Of a stretch of 64,000 nt of DNA, positions 1 through 7,435 are shown piece after piece. The DNA comes from an uncultured Clostridia bacterium (GTDB lineage Bacteria > Bacillota > Clostridia > Oscillospirales > CAG-382), in NCBI GenBank assembly GCA_947305675.1, contig CAMZED010000001.1, positions 1,589 to 65,588 of the forward strand, given 5' to 3'. The position numbers and the translations under genes were made by a program. The notes beneath the pieces are model-generated. The model was not told the origin of the DNA. It ran no database searches and was given only the letters and a program-made list of their open reading frames with translations. Within the stretch, counting starts at the first letter, position 1. Each line of letters opens with the position of its first letter.

Positions 1-818
1 GCGATCTCCGGCTTGTTCATGGTATATATATGAACGTTGTTCACTCCGTTTGCGATCAGATCGATTATCTGCTCGGTGGCAAAAGCGATCCCCGCCTGGC
101 GCATCGAAGCCTGATCGTCCCCGAAGCGTTCGACGATCTCGCGGAAGCGGCGCGGAAGCACCGTGCCGGAAAGCGCGACCGAGCGTTTTATTTGTTTGGC
201 GTTGGTTATCGGCATTATCCCGGCTATTACCGGGGTGGTGATCCCTTTGCGGCGGAGTTTGGAAAGGAAGGAATACAGTATTTCGTTGTCGAAAAACATC
301 TGCGTGGTGAAGAATTCGCATCCGCAATCGGCTTTAAGCCGCAGAAAATCTATATCGGCGTTTACGCTTTCGGCTTCGGGGTGCCCCTCGGGATAGCAGG
401 CGCCGCCCACGCAGAATCCGCCGATGGATTTTATCTCGGTTATAAGGTCGCTGGCGTGCCCGAAAACCTTTTTCGGCTCGAGTCCGACAGGCATATCGCC
501 GCGCAGGGCGAGCAGGTTTTCGATCCCGTGGGAACGAAGCAGCGAAAGATAAGACCGAAGCGATTCTTTGTCGGAAGAAACGCAGGTTATGTGGGCAAGC
601 GCGGGGACTCCGCTGTTCTCGATCTCTTCCGCAAGCTCGGCGGTGAACCCCGCGGTCGACCCCGCCGCGCCGTAGGTCACGCTGATAAAATCGGGTCTGA
701 GCGCCGCGGTCTCGGCGGCGACTTTACGGCTTTGGGGGAGCTGTTCGCCTTTTTTCGGGGGAAACAGCTCGCAGGAAACGGTTATTTCTTTGCTTTTGAT
801 TATATCAGATATCTTCAT
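1..818 (-). CDS. metF: 5,10-methylenetetrahydrofolate reductase, C-terminal end cut by window edge
   Basis: Not in the ORF track because it runs off the window. Reverse complement from ATG (818-816) reads MKISDIIKSKEITVSCELFPPKKGE...FISVTYGAAGST...ALAHITC...LLALRGD...GGACYPEGHPEA...FFTTQMFFD...IAGIMPI...NVHIYTMNKPE. RBS AGAGGGAA lies upstream. Replaces the spurious + ORF 30..920. Confidence 0.85.
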   Translation of the reverse strand, partial: MKISDIIKSKEITVSCELFPPKKGEQLPQSRKVAAETAALRPDFISVTYGAAGSTAGFTAELAEEIENSGVPALAHITCVSSDKESLRSYLSLLRSHGIENLLALRGDMPVGLEPKKVFGHASDLITEIKSIGGFCVGGACYPEGHPEAESVNADIDFLRLKADCGCEFFTTQMFFDNEILYSFLSKLRRKGITTPVIAGIMPITNAKQIKRSVALSGTVLPRRFREIVERFGDDQASMRQAGIAFATEQIIDLIANGVNNVHIYTMNKPEI

Positions 819-834
819 AATTCCCTCTCTGTTC

Positions 835-1560
835 TCAGTCCCTGCGGAACAAGTAATAATCTTTCTCGGCTTCGCCGCATCCGTCGAACCCTTTGCCGCC
901 GGTCTGTGACAAAAGCGTGAACCCGGCGGCGGCGCCGGTTATTTCTTCGCGTGAAAAGCAGGTTTGCCTTTGCGTTTCGCGCTCGCGCCGGTAACCGCCC
1001 TTGCCGTCGCAAAGGAACAGGTCAAGCCAGAACTCGCAGCTTTTGCCGTTGTCCGAAAGGGCGCTGCGCCAGACCATCATATCGTCGCCGGATTCATAGG
1101 CGTAAGTCATCCCATCAAATATCTTCTCGTAGCGGAACCGCGTGTTTACGTCAAAGGCGAAAACCCCTCCCGGTTCGAGATAATTGTGTACCAGCGCAAA
1201 AACCTTGCCGAGCTCTTTTGCCGATCCGAGATAATTAAGGCAGTCGAACGACGAATAAACCGCCTGGACCGTCCCGTAAAGCTCGAACGAGCGCATATCC
1301 TGCATCAGCAGAAGCGTGTTAAGCCCCGAGTTGGCGCAATAGGCTATGTTGAGCATATCCGCCGAGTTGTCGATCCCGATCATATCATAGCCTTTTTTCG
1401 CCAGGATCGCGCAGATGCCGCCGGTCCCGCATCCGAGATCGAGCACCTCTTTGACCGGGATCGCGGCTTTTGAGAAACATTCGGTAAGATATTCGGCGTA
1501 AGGGACATAGGCTTCGCCGTTTATGCCGTCGTAAAAGGCGGCGGAAGATATAAAACTCAT
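835..1560 (-). CDS. class I SAM-dependent methyltransferase
   Basis: SAM-binding motif VLDLGCGTGGICAILAKKGYDMIGIDNS. Stop overlaps the start of the next gene downstream in the same operon. Confidence 0.8.
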   Translation of the reverse strand: MSFISSAAFYDGINGEAYVPYAEYLTECFSKAAIPVKEVLDLGCGTGGICAILAKKGYDMIGIDNSADMLNIAYCANSGLNTLLLMQDMRSFELYGTVQAVYSSFDCLNYLGSAKELGKVFALVHNYLEPGGVFAFDVNTRFRYEKIFDGMTYAYESGDDMMVWRSALSDNGKSCEFWLDLFLCDGKGGYRRERETQRQTCFSREEITGAAAGFTLLSQTGGKGFDGCGEAEKDYYLFRRD

Positions 1561-1844
1561 TTGCTTATGCGGTCGAGGACCATCGTATATCCGTCGTTCC
1601 CGTAGCGAAGAGCGCGGTTGACGCGGGTGATGGTCGCCGTGGAAAGATGGGTCTTTTCGGCGATCTCGCTGTAAGTGTATCCGTCGCGGAGCATCTCGGC
1701 GGCGACAAGGCGCTTGCTCATCTCGGTGATCTCGCTTATTGTGCAGATGTCGCCGATAAAACGGTAGACCTCATCGGCGGTTTTAAGGCAGGCGAGCGCT
1801 TCGGCGAGCTTATCGGTTTTTTCGTCTTTGATCTTTTCAAGCAT
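1557..1844 (-). CDS. YerC/YecD-like TrpR-family DNA-binding protein
   Basis: MLEKIKDEKTDKLAEALACLKT..ICTISEITEMSKRL..YSEIAEKTHLSTATITRVNRAL is the typical YerC/YecD pattern. Start chosen at the internal ATG 1844, which avoids a large overlap with the upstream gene. Confidence 0.7.
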   Translation of the reverse strand: MLEKIKDEKTDKLAEALACLKTADEVYRFIGDICTISEITEMSKRLVAAEMLRDGYTYSEIAEKTHLSTATITRVNRALRYGNDGYTMVLDRISK

Positions 1845-3486
1845 CGTTTTTCTCCATTTCTTCGCCGTCAAAGGCGACGCGGGACGGGTCGAAAGTTCCT
1901 TTTATAAAATCATAGGTGTCTTTATATACCGAGTGCAGATACGGGTCTTTCGATTCATAAGCGCGGTAGAATTCGCCCGGCATACTGCCCTGATAATACA
2001 TGTGCGCCGCGTCTTTCATATATCCGGTGATCGCGCCGGCGGCGTAATATTTCTTCATCCGTTCGATGTTCCAATCGTTTGTGCCGCCCATCTCGAGCTC
2101 TATGCACATACCAAAAAGTTTCGCGGTTTTTGCCGCCTCGAAAAGCCTTTTGTCCGGAACCGACTGATTGAACGCGTAGTTGGGCTGATAACAGCCCACG
2201 TCGAATCCCAGCTCGCGCCAGTCATTATATCCGCAGGCGTGGTAATAAGGTATCCAGGTGGTTATAAGCCCGAGATCGTCGCGCACGTGGTCGGTGGTGC
2301 GGCGCAAAAGTTCCATAAGCGGAGCGTCGAGATAACTTATCTCCTCGGTAAACCAATAAAAACCGAGCAGCGAAAGGTGTTTGTAATTGTTCGCGTTAAA
2401 ACGGCGGTACTGCTCGTCGATAAGCCATTCGAGCGCCGTAAACCTGTCGCCGGTGTTCGAAAAATCGAGGTTTTTGCCGTTGATCACGCCGAAATCTTTA
2501 ACTTCCGCCACCGGATAAAGGATCGACAAAAACACCGTAAGCCGCAGATCGGGCTTGCCGAGCGCGGCGCCGATCTCCTCCGCCGCTTTGTCGAGCGCGT
2601 CGAGGTTGGCGCCTTTGCTGAACTGAACGTCCATATAATACTGCCAATCCTCTTTTTTAAGCGGCTTTTTCCTGCCGTATCCGCTCGAATAATCATAAAG
2701 ATACCAAACGTGCGGCAAAAACAGAAAACTGTCGAACATAGTGTCTTTTACATTGCCGTCCTCGATATATCCGACGTAAGGCAAAAGCATCTCTTTGGAT
2801 ATGGGCGGGATATCCTGCCGGCACATATATGCAAGCATAACGTCCTTTGCGCCGAGTTGGGCGGTGGAGGCGAAGCGGCGCGGAAAATCCTCCTCGTCGC
2901 GGCGGTCGGGGACGATCTTTGCCGCGCCGGAAGGTTCGGTACAGCCGAAAAGTTCGATCTGGTCGATCCAGACGTGTATCGGTACGTTAAAGGTGAATTT
3001 CGCATAGCGCGCCGCTGTCGGGGAAAACTCGGCGGAAAGCCTTGTGACTTCGTCCTTGCCCCAGGTCTCGAACCCGACAACGCTGCCGGCGGTCTGCCAG
3101 TTTTCGCCGTCGTCCGAAAGAAACAGCCATACTCTGGAGGGCTGAAATATCCCTGCTCCGTTCTGGCGAAGCACACCGATGCGGAACCCGCTTACGGCAC
3201 AGACCGATCCGAGATCGTAAAACACCGTTCGCGCCTCGCCGCCGGTAAAGCGGAAAAACGCCGGGTCGTGGCATTCCGGGACGGACGCAAATATCCCGTC
3301 GGTAAGTTCGCCGCTTTCGGCTTTGCTGTTGAACCAGTCGGTGCAATGCTTGTCCTCGATATCTTCATAGCATTTTACCGTTTGTTTAAGCCCTTTTAAA
3401 AGGTTCACCCTTTCGTGCGAAAGAGCAAGCTCCCTTGAAGTCCTGTTCTTTATTGAATAATCTCCGTAATATTCAACGCCCTGCAT
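1837..3486 (-). CDS. hypothetical cytoplasmic protein; N-terminal discoidin (F5/8 type C)-like domain and C-terminal glycoside-hydrolase-like domain (DUF4855-like)
   Basis: 549-aa ORF with normal codon usage and no signal peptide. The family name is from memory of similar clostridial proteins and is unverified. Confidence 0.5.
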   Translation of the reverse strand: MQGVEYYGDYSIKNRTSRELALSHERVNLLKGLKQTVKCYEDIEDKHCTDWFNSKAESGELTDGIFASVPECHDPAFFRFTGGEARTVFYDLGSVCAVSGFRIGVLRQNGAGIFQPSRVWLFLSDDGENWQTAGSVVGFETWGKDEVTRLSAEFSPTAARYAKFTFNVPIHVWIDQIELFGCTEPSGAAKIVPDRRDEEDFPRRFASTAQLGAKDVMLAYMCRQDIPPISKEMLLPYVGYIEDGNVKDTMFDSFLFLPHVWYLYDYSSGYGRKKPLKKEDWQYYMDVQFSKGANLDALDKAAEEIGAALGKPDLRLTVFLSILYPVAEVKDFGVINGKNLDFSNTGDRFTALEWLIDEQYRRFNANNYKHLSLLGFYWFTEEISYLDAPLMELLRRTTDHVRDDLGLITTWIPYYHACGYNDWRELGFDVGCYQPNYAFNQSVPDKRLFEAAKTAKLFGMCIELEMGGTNDWNIERMKKYYAAGAITGYMKDAAHMYYQGSMPGEFYRAYESKDPYLHSVYKDTYDFIKGTFDPSRVAFDGEEMEKNDA

Positions 3487-3572
3487 AAAAAGCCCCTCTG
3501 CTTTTGCGTATTAATGTGCTAAAACATTATAACACGGCGAAACCCGAATTGCAACACATTTTGTGCCGATAT

Positions 3573-3615
3573 AAAAAAACTCCCGGAGGGACACTTGCCA
3601 TAGAGCAGGTGTCCC
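3573..3615 (-). terminator. hairpin plus T-run downstream of the XRE regulator gene
   Basis: Minus strand: GGGACAC..GTGTCCC stem (3588-3594 / 3609-3615), then TCCGGGAG and a T7 run (3573-3579). Confidence 0.5.
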
Positions 3616-3635
3616 TCGCGGTTTGTTTGCGGGTT

Positions 3636-3647
3636 TGGTGCGAATGG
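3636..3647 (-). repeat. tRNA-3'-end-like tag (CCATTCGCACCA) next to a terminator
   Basis: Minus strand reads CCATTCGCACCA. It shares ATTCGCACCA with 5203-5212 and the TGGTG..GAATGGA frame with the tRNA-Val 3' end copies. Confidence 0.35.
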
Positions 3648-3672
3648 ATCGCAGTGAGATTTGTGCTTCCTG

Positions 3673-4866
3673 TTATTCGTCTTTCTCTCTGACAATAATA
3701 CACTTTTTCAGCCTTTCCATAAGCACATCAAACCGAGTATCATGGATTTCGATCGGTTCAAACCAAATATCACCAGTGACTACGCGTAAATAATCTGTTG
3801 GTATGATCCAGTCATTCCATCCGTTTGTTTCAAGGCACAATTCACGATACTCTTTGCCATCTTTATCCATCCAGTGAAATTCACAGTTCAAAACAAACCC
3901 TTTTAGTGCCGGAGAACAACAGCAAAGCTTGAACGCGTCGTCTTTTATGTTCATGACTTTTTCCACAATTGACACCGTATCTTCAAAAGCGTCCAAAGCG
4001 GCGTCGATTTCACCCAACCGTGATAAAGCCCATGTGTATCTCAATCCAAGTTGCACGCGCGGTTCACACCAGAGGTCAAGTTCTCCGCCGCCGCTGACGA
4101 TGTGCTTTTTATCCGGTATCAGACAATTTATGGCGTTCAGATAGTTCAGTTGTGTTTCGCAAAACCATTTAAAATGTGCGGCATCCTTGCAAAGATACTC
4201 CTGCCAATCGCTGGCAGCGGTCAGGATATGCTCTAATTCATACCATAAGATGAATTGACGCACGGGCTCGATCTTGTCGAGCTCTTCCCGCATCTTATAA
4301 CGTCCGAACAGTAATGTTGATCTGCTTTGATCTTCGCGGCTTGCGTACATATCAAGGAAAGCATCGATGTTATCATCGTTTTCCATATATGCCATATACT
4401 CGATTACGGCAAAATGATCTCCTCGCGGACAAACAGCAAAGATTTCCTCTGCTAATAGGCGCATTTCGTCAAGCACCTGCTCGTTTTTGAAAAGCCTTGA
4501 ATTCCACAGATCGCGGTATAATCCCCAAAACCAATAACGTTGATATTCACGCAGATTTCGACGGATTTTCCGTAAAATCTCAATCGTCTTTTCAACATTT
4601 TTCTCTTTTGTGGCGGTCGTCAATGATTGCTGGAGATTTTGACAGAATTTTTCTTTTTCCTCATCGGTACACCCGAGCAATGTGTCAATTGTCGTTCCGA
4701 AGTACGACGCAATCATCGGCAGCATTTCAATATCCGGGTAAGTCGTACCATTCTCCCAACGGGATATTGCCTGCGGAGACGTCCCGAACTTTTCCGCAAG
4801 TTGTTCCTGCGTCATATCCAAGCGAAGACGGTTAGCACGTATTTGATTACCTAAGCTAAGTTTCAT
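3673..4866 (-). CDS. XRE-family HTH transcriptional regulator with a ~320-aa C-terminal helical domain
   Basis: N-terminus LGNQIRANRLRLDMTQEQLAEKFGTSPQAISRWENGTTYPDIEMLPMIASYFGTTIDTLLG is a canonical Cro/C1 HTH. Low-GC gene. Confidence 0.8.
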   Translation of the reverse strand: MKLSLGNQIRANRLRLDMTQEQLAEKFGTSPQAISRWENGTTYPDIEMLPMIASYFGTTIDTLLGCTDEEKEKFCQNLQQSLTTATKEKNVEKTIEILRKIRRNLREYQRYWFWGLYRDLWNSRLFKNEQVLDEMRLLAEEIFAVCPRGDHFAVIEYMAYMENDDNIDAFLDMYASREDQSRSTLLFGRYKMREELDKIEPVRQFILWYELEHILTAASDWQEYLCKDAAHFKWFCETQLNYLNAINCLIPDKKHIVSGGGELDLWCEPRVQLGLRYTWALSRLGEIDAALDAFEDTVSIVEKVMNIKDDAFKLCCCSPALKGFVLNCEFHWMDKDGKEYRELCLETNGWNDWIIPTDYLRVVTGDIWFEPIEIHDTRFDVLMERLKKCIIVREKDE

Positions 4867-4923
4867 GATAGTTGGCTCCCATTTTTTATTTGCTCTGCGC
4901 AGAGACTTTCAACCGGTAACTAT

Positions 4924-4951
4924 ATTATACCAGGCTGTAAATAATAATCAA
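4924..4951 (-). promoter_or_regulatory. sigma-A type promoter of the XRE regulator gene
   Basis: Minus strand: TTGATT (4951-4946), 16-nt spacer, TGG-TATAAT (4929-4924). A 12-bp palindrome CTCTGCGCAGAG (4893-4904) lies in the leader. Confidence 0.6.
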
Positions 4952-5149
4952 GCGCACAGTTTGTGAGATTTTTCCTCGATTATTGAGAATTCGTGAGTAT
5001 TTATTATCTGATGATTTATTTAAAAACCGCCCACGATTTTACTGATTACTGTTCCCGCCTCGAAGAGTGCAAAGCGCTTTTGATGACCGCAGGTCATCAA
5101 AAGCGCTTTTGCGTTAGTTTTGCTTAAAACGACACAGATAAGATAAAAG

Positions 5150-5186
5150 TAAAAAATCGGGACACCCGCTTTATCGCAGGCGTCCC
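5150..5186 (-). terminator. rho-independent terminator after the 159-aa gene
   Basis: Minus strand: GGGACGCCTGC..GCGGGTGTCCC imperfect stem followed by GATTTTTT. Confidence 0.6.
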
Positions 5187-5202
5187 GAAGGAGTTTTTGT
5201 TT

Positions 5203-5212
5203 TGGTGCGAAT
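5203..5212 (-). repeat. tRNA-3'-end-like tag (ATTCGCACCA) next to a terminator
   Basis: Minus strand ATTCGCACCA is followed by AAAACAAAAACTCC. That same linker follows the genuine tRNA-Val (7269-7256). Confidence 0.35.
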
Positions 5213-5225
5213 ATCGATAACGGAT

Positions 5226-5705
5226 TTATCTTCTGTTTATATAATCTTCCAACAGTTCGCTGTGTGGGTAATATTTCAAAAATGCGTCAACATCTTCTTT
5301 GTTTTTGCTGAAAAGCAATGTTAAACTGCTATCCCACGGAACGATTTCCATTTGCGCCAACGGATGTTGGATATTAATAGGAGTTTCCCAAAATCCCGGA
5401 TAGCCGTCTGCGTACGGTAAATCATATTTTAATACTTCTGTTAGTTCAACCGATTTGTCAAACGCAGATAAAACCGCCCATATCCATTGAAAATTATCTT
5501 TTGTTACAAGCGCGGTCAATTCTTCACCGCTCATCCAACAATATTTCCGGTTGAGCATTTCGTCTATTTTAGGATCTTTCGGATAGCAAACGCAATCAGT
5601 AATCAGCCAGTTATAATCCATTTGCTTATTATTGATCGCTTCAAAAACTCTGTCTATATAGGTGAAATATTTTTCACCTTTTTCATTTATTGCTCCGTAA
5701 ACCAT
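5226..5705 (-). CDS. hypothetical protein (159 aa, acidic, Trp-rich, no TM segment or signal peptide)
   Basis: ORF 5226..5738. Start moved to ATG 5705, which is preceded by GGGAGGTG. Low-GC. No family recognised. Confidence 0.55.
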   Translation of the reverse strand: MVYGAINEKGEKYFTYIDRVFEAINNKQMDYNWLITDCVCYPKDPKIDEMLNRKYCWMSGEELTALVTKDNFQWIWAVLSAFDKSVELTEVLKYDLPYADGYPGFWETPINIQHPLAQMEIVPWDSSLTLLFSKNKEDVDAFLKYYPHSELLEDYINRR

Positions 5706-5799
5706 TTTTGACACCTCCCACAACATTATATCATGCATAATCGCTATTTACAACGGCGCACATACTCACCACCGTGCGGCGAAACTGTGCTGAAACAAA

Positions 5800-6177
5800 T
5801 CAATTCAAGTGTGATTGAAGCCAGAGCAGCAGATCGTCGCAATTCTTTTCGCCCGATGCGACGGAAAGAACGATTTCGGTCAGTTCTTTTTGCATATACG
5901 AAAAAACATAACCGTTCAGCGCAAGAAAAACGAGCATCGCGTGCACGCCGATTCGTTTGTTGCCGTCAACGAACGCGTGGTTCTGCATCAGCCCGAAACC
6001 AAGCCGCGCTCCTTTTTCCAAAACGGAAGGGTAAAGCTCTTTGCCGTCAAAACTCTGAAACGGGCTGAGGATCGCGGAATCGAGCAGTCCTTCGTCACGT
6101 ATCCCGTCCGTTCCGCCGGTTTCTTTTATCAGTTGTGCGTGCAGCAGAATGACCTGTTCTTTCGTCAGTATTTTCAT
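5800..6177 (-). CDS. doc: type II toxin, Fic/Doc (death-on-curing) family
   Basis: 125 aa with the Fic/Doc motif HAFVDGNKRIG. Its ATG overlaps the stop of the upstream antitoxin gene (ATGA). Confidence 0.85.
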   Translation of the reverse strand: MKILTKEQVILLHAQLIKETGGTDGIRDEGLLDSAILSPFQSFDGKELYPSVLEKGARLGFGLMQNHAFVDGNKRIGVHAMLVFLALNGYVFSYMQKELTEIVLSVASGEKNCDDLLLWLQSHLN

Positions 6178-6428
6178 TTTGCCAGAACCTTATATGCTTC
6201 TTTGTTTTTGGCGATCAGTTCGTTTGAAACGGAAAGCAGCTCGGCGTCGCTCGCGACCGCATTTCGCTCGGTCTTTTTGATCTCAAACGGGATCCCGTTA
6301 TAGTCGACGGCGGATTTTAGAAAAACGGTGATCGCGGAAGACATATTCAAGCCCAGATCCGAAAACAATACCTCCGCCTGCTTTTTCAAATTTTCATCTA
6401 TTCTGATATTAAGATTTGTCGTGGCCAT
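6174..6428 (-). CDS. type II antitoxin, RelB/DinJ (ribbon-helix-helix) family
   Basis: MATTNLNIRIDENLKKQAEVLFSDLGLNMSSAITVFLKSAV is a typical DinJ/RelB N-terminus. 4-nt overlap with doc. Confidence 0.8.
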   Translation of the reverse strand: MATTNLNIRIDENLKKQAEVLFSDLGLNMSSAITVFLKSAVDYNGIPFEIKKTERNAVASDAELLSVSNELIAKNKEAYKVLAK

Positions 6429-6454
6429 TTTTTATTCCTCCTTTTACAATTGTT

Positions 6455-6483
6455 ATTATACGCCGATTAATCATTTTTGTCAA
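6455..6483 (-). promoter_or_regulatory. consensus sigma-A promoter of the dinJ-doc operon
   Basis: Minus strand: TTGACA (6483-6478), 17 nt, TATAAT (6460-6455). Then the palindrome ACAATTGT and RBS AAAGGAGG. Confidence 0.7.
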
Positions 6484-6526
6484 TACAAAACAAAGAAAAT
6501 GTCATTACAATTCTTTCCGGCAAAAG

Positions 6527-6591
6527 AAAATCGAGTATCCATAACTCAAGTCCGTTATAGATACCCGATATGGTGTGGATGAATGGACTTG
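6527..6591 (-). repeat. 65-bp direct repeat copy B: 21 nt of the tRNA-Val 3' end (6571-6591) plus a hairpin terminator
   Basis: Matches 7091-7155 with 3 mismatches. Minus strand: CAAGTCCATTCATCCACACCA, then the nested hairpin ATCGGGTAT..CATAAC..GTTATG..ATACTCGAT, then TTTT. Begins 3 nt after the lipoprotein stop codon. Confidence 0.9.
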
Positions 6592-6594
6592 TTT

Positions 6595-7023
6595 TTAGTA
6601 GTTGCCTGTAAATTCGATCGCATTTGAAACCGTTGGCTCTTCAGTAAAGTGGGTCAAAATATCACCTTCATGCAGCCAATCAAGAACACCATCTTTATCT
6701 TTGATTGACAAAACTTTTATTTCGTTATTTCCGGTTAATTCCAATTCGATTCTTAAATCCCAATATGTTTCAGTACAGATGATTACGTTATCTTTTATCT
6801 CATAATTCCCGTTTAAATTATGATCGTATAACTTTCCTTGACCCGTGTTCCACCTGCAATCATCTGTATCAAAATACAAATAAGGCGATGTGTAGTCGTT
6901 TTTAGAAAGATATTCTTTTTGCAATGGGTATTGTAAAACCTGAGATGAACAGGAAGCAAAAAAACAGAATAGAATTGTCGCGATAACAAAAAATGAAATG
7001 ATTAAAACACTTTGTTTTTTCAT
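6595..7023 (-). CDS. small putative lipoprotein
   Basis: Start moved to ATG 7023: MKKQSVLIISFFVIATILFCFFASC has an n-region, a hydrophobic core and a lipobox Cys. Low-GC. Confidence 0.65.
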   Translation of the reverse strand: MKKQSVLIISFFVIATILFCFFASCSSQVLQYPLQKEYLSKNDYTSPYLYFDTDDCRWNTGQGKLYDHNLNGNYEIKDNVIICTETYWDLRIELELTGNNEIKVLSIKDKDGVLDWLHEGDILTHFTEEPTVSNAIEFTGNY

Positions 7024-7090
7024 ACTTTGCAAACTCCTTTCAAATGCGCACTTACTCACCGCCGCAGGCGGTGGTACTGTACTGATAAAG

Positions 7091-7155
7091 AAAATCGGGT
7101 ATCCATAACTCAAGTCCGTTATGAATACCCGATATGGTGTGGATGAATGGACTTG
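7091..7155 (-). repeat. 65-bp direct repeat copy A: 21 nt of the tRNA-Val 3' end (7135-7155) plus a hairpin terminator
   Basis: Same unit as 6527-6591. Its 21-nt part is identical to 7270-7290 of the intact tRNA. Confidence 0.9.
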
Positions 7156-7269
7156 CCTGCCTGCGGGCAGGCCTCACCGCGGAAAAACTGTCCACCGGAC
7201 AGTTTTTTAACACGCGGCGTTCAAGTCCATACGGATCAAAACAAAAAACTCCCGGGGGAGTTTTTGTTT

Positions 7270-7346
7270 TGGTGTGGATGAATGGACTTGAACCAACGAC
7301 CCCTTGCATGTCAAGCAAGTGCTCTGACCAACTGAGCTACACCCAC
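7270..7346 (-). tRNA. tRNA-Val (anticodon GAC), CCA encoded
   Basis: Hand-folded cloverleaf: acceptor GTGGGTG/CATCCAC, D arm GCTC-AGTTGGTCA-GAGC, anticodon arm CTTGC-TTGACAT-GCAAG, T arm GTTGG-TTCAAGT-CCATT (one T-T mismatch), then ACCA. Followed by the terminator ACTCCCCCGGGAGTTTTTT (7245-7262). Confidence 0.85.
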
Positions 7347-7435
7347 GTTTTCGTCTGTGCGGTAATTTTAACACACAACAGACGAATTGTCAATAGTTTT
7401 TTGCCGTCAAGTTTTAATTTTGTCGCGACGGCATA

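Noticed and set aside
30-920. 296-aa + strand ORF at the window start
   Set aside because: It is antisense to a textbook metF reading frame on the minus strand (ATG 818). Its translation is Arg/Gly-rich with no recognisable motifs.
1828-3399. Long antisense ORFs opposite real genes (1828-3399, 13320-14282, 17438-18388, 22833-23903, 23911-25239, 27488-29419, 46647-47669, 49469-50926 and others)
   Set aside because: These are typical stop-poor shadow frames of a GC-rich genome. Their translations are Arg/Gly/Ala/Phe-rich and low complexity. Each lies opposite a gene with unmistakable conserved motifs (gyrA, nagA, ROK, M56, xseA, recF/gyrB). No RBS or promoter support.
4865-4966. 33-codon + strand ORF starting back-to-back with the XRE start codon, considered as a candidate signalling peptide
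   Set aside because: No RBS. It overlaps the XRE promoter and leader on the opposite strand, and it has no signal-peptide-like or conserved features.
6574-6582. Near-consensus DnaA boxes TGTGGATGA at 6574, 7138 and 7273
   Set aside because: They are the acceptor and T-stem sequence of tRNA-Val and its two partial copies. The match to a DnaA box is incidental to the tRNA sequence.
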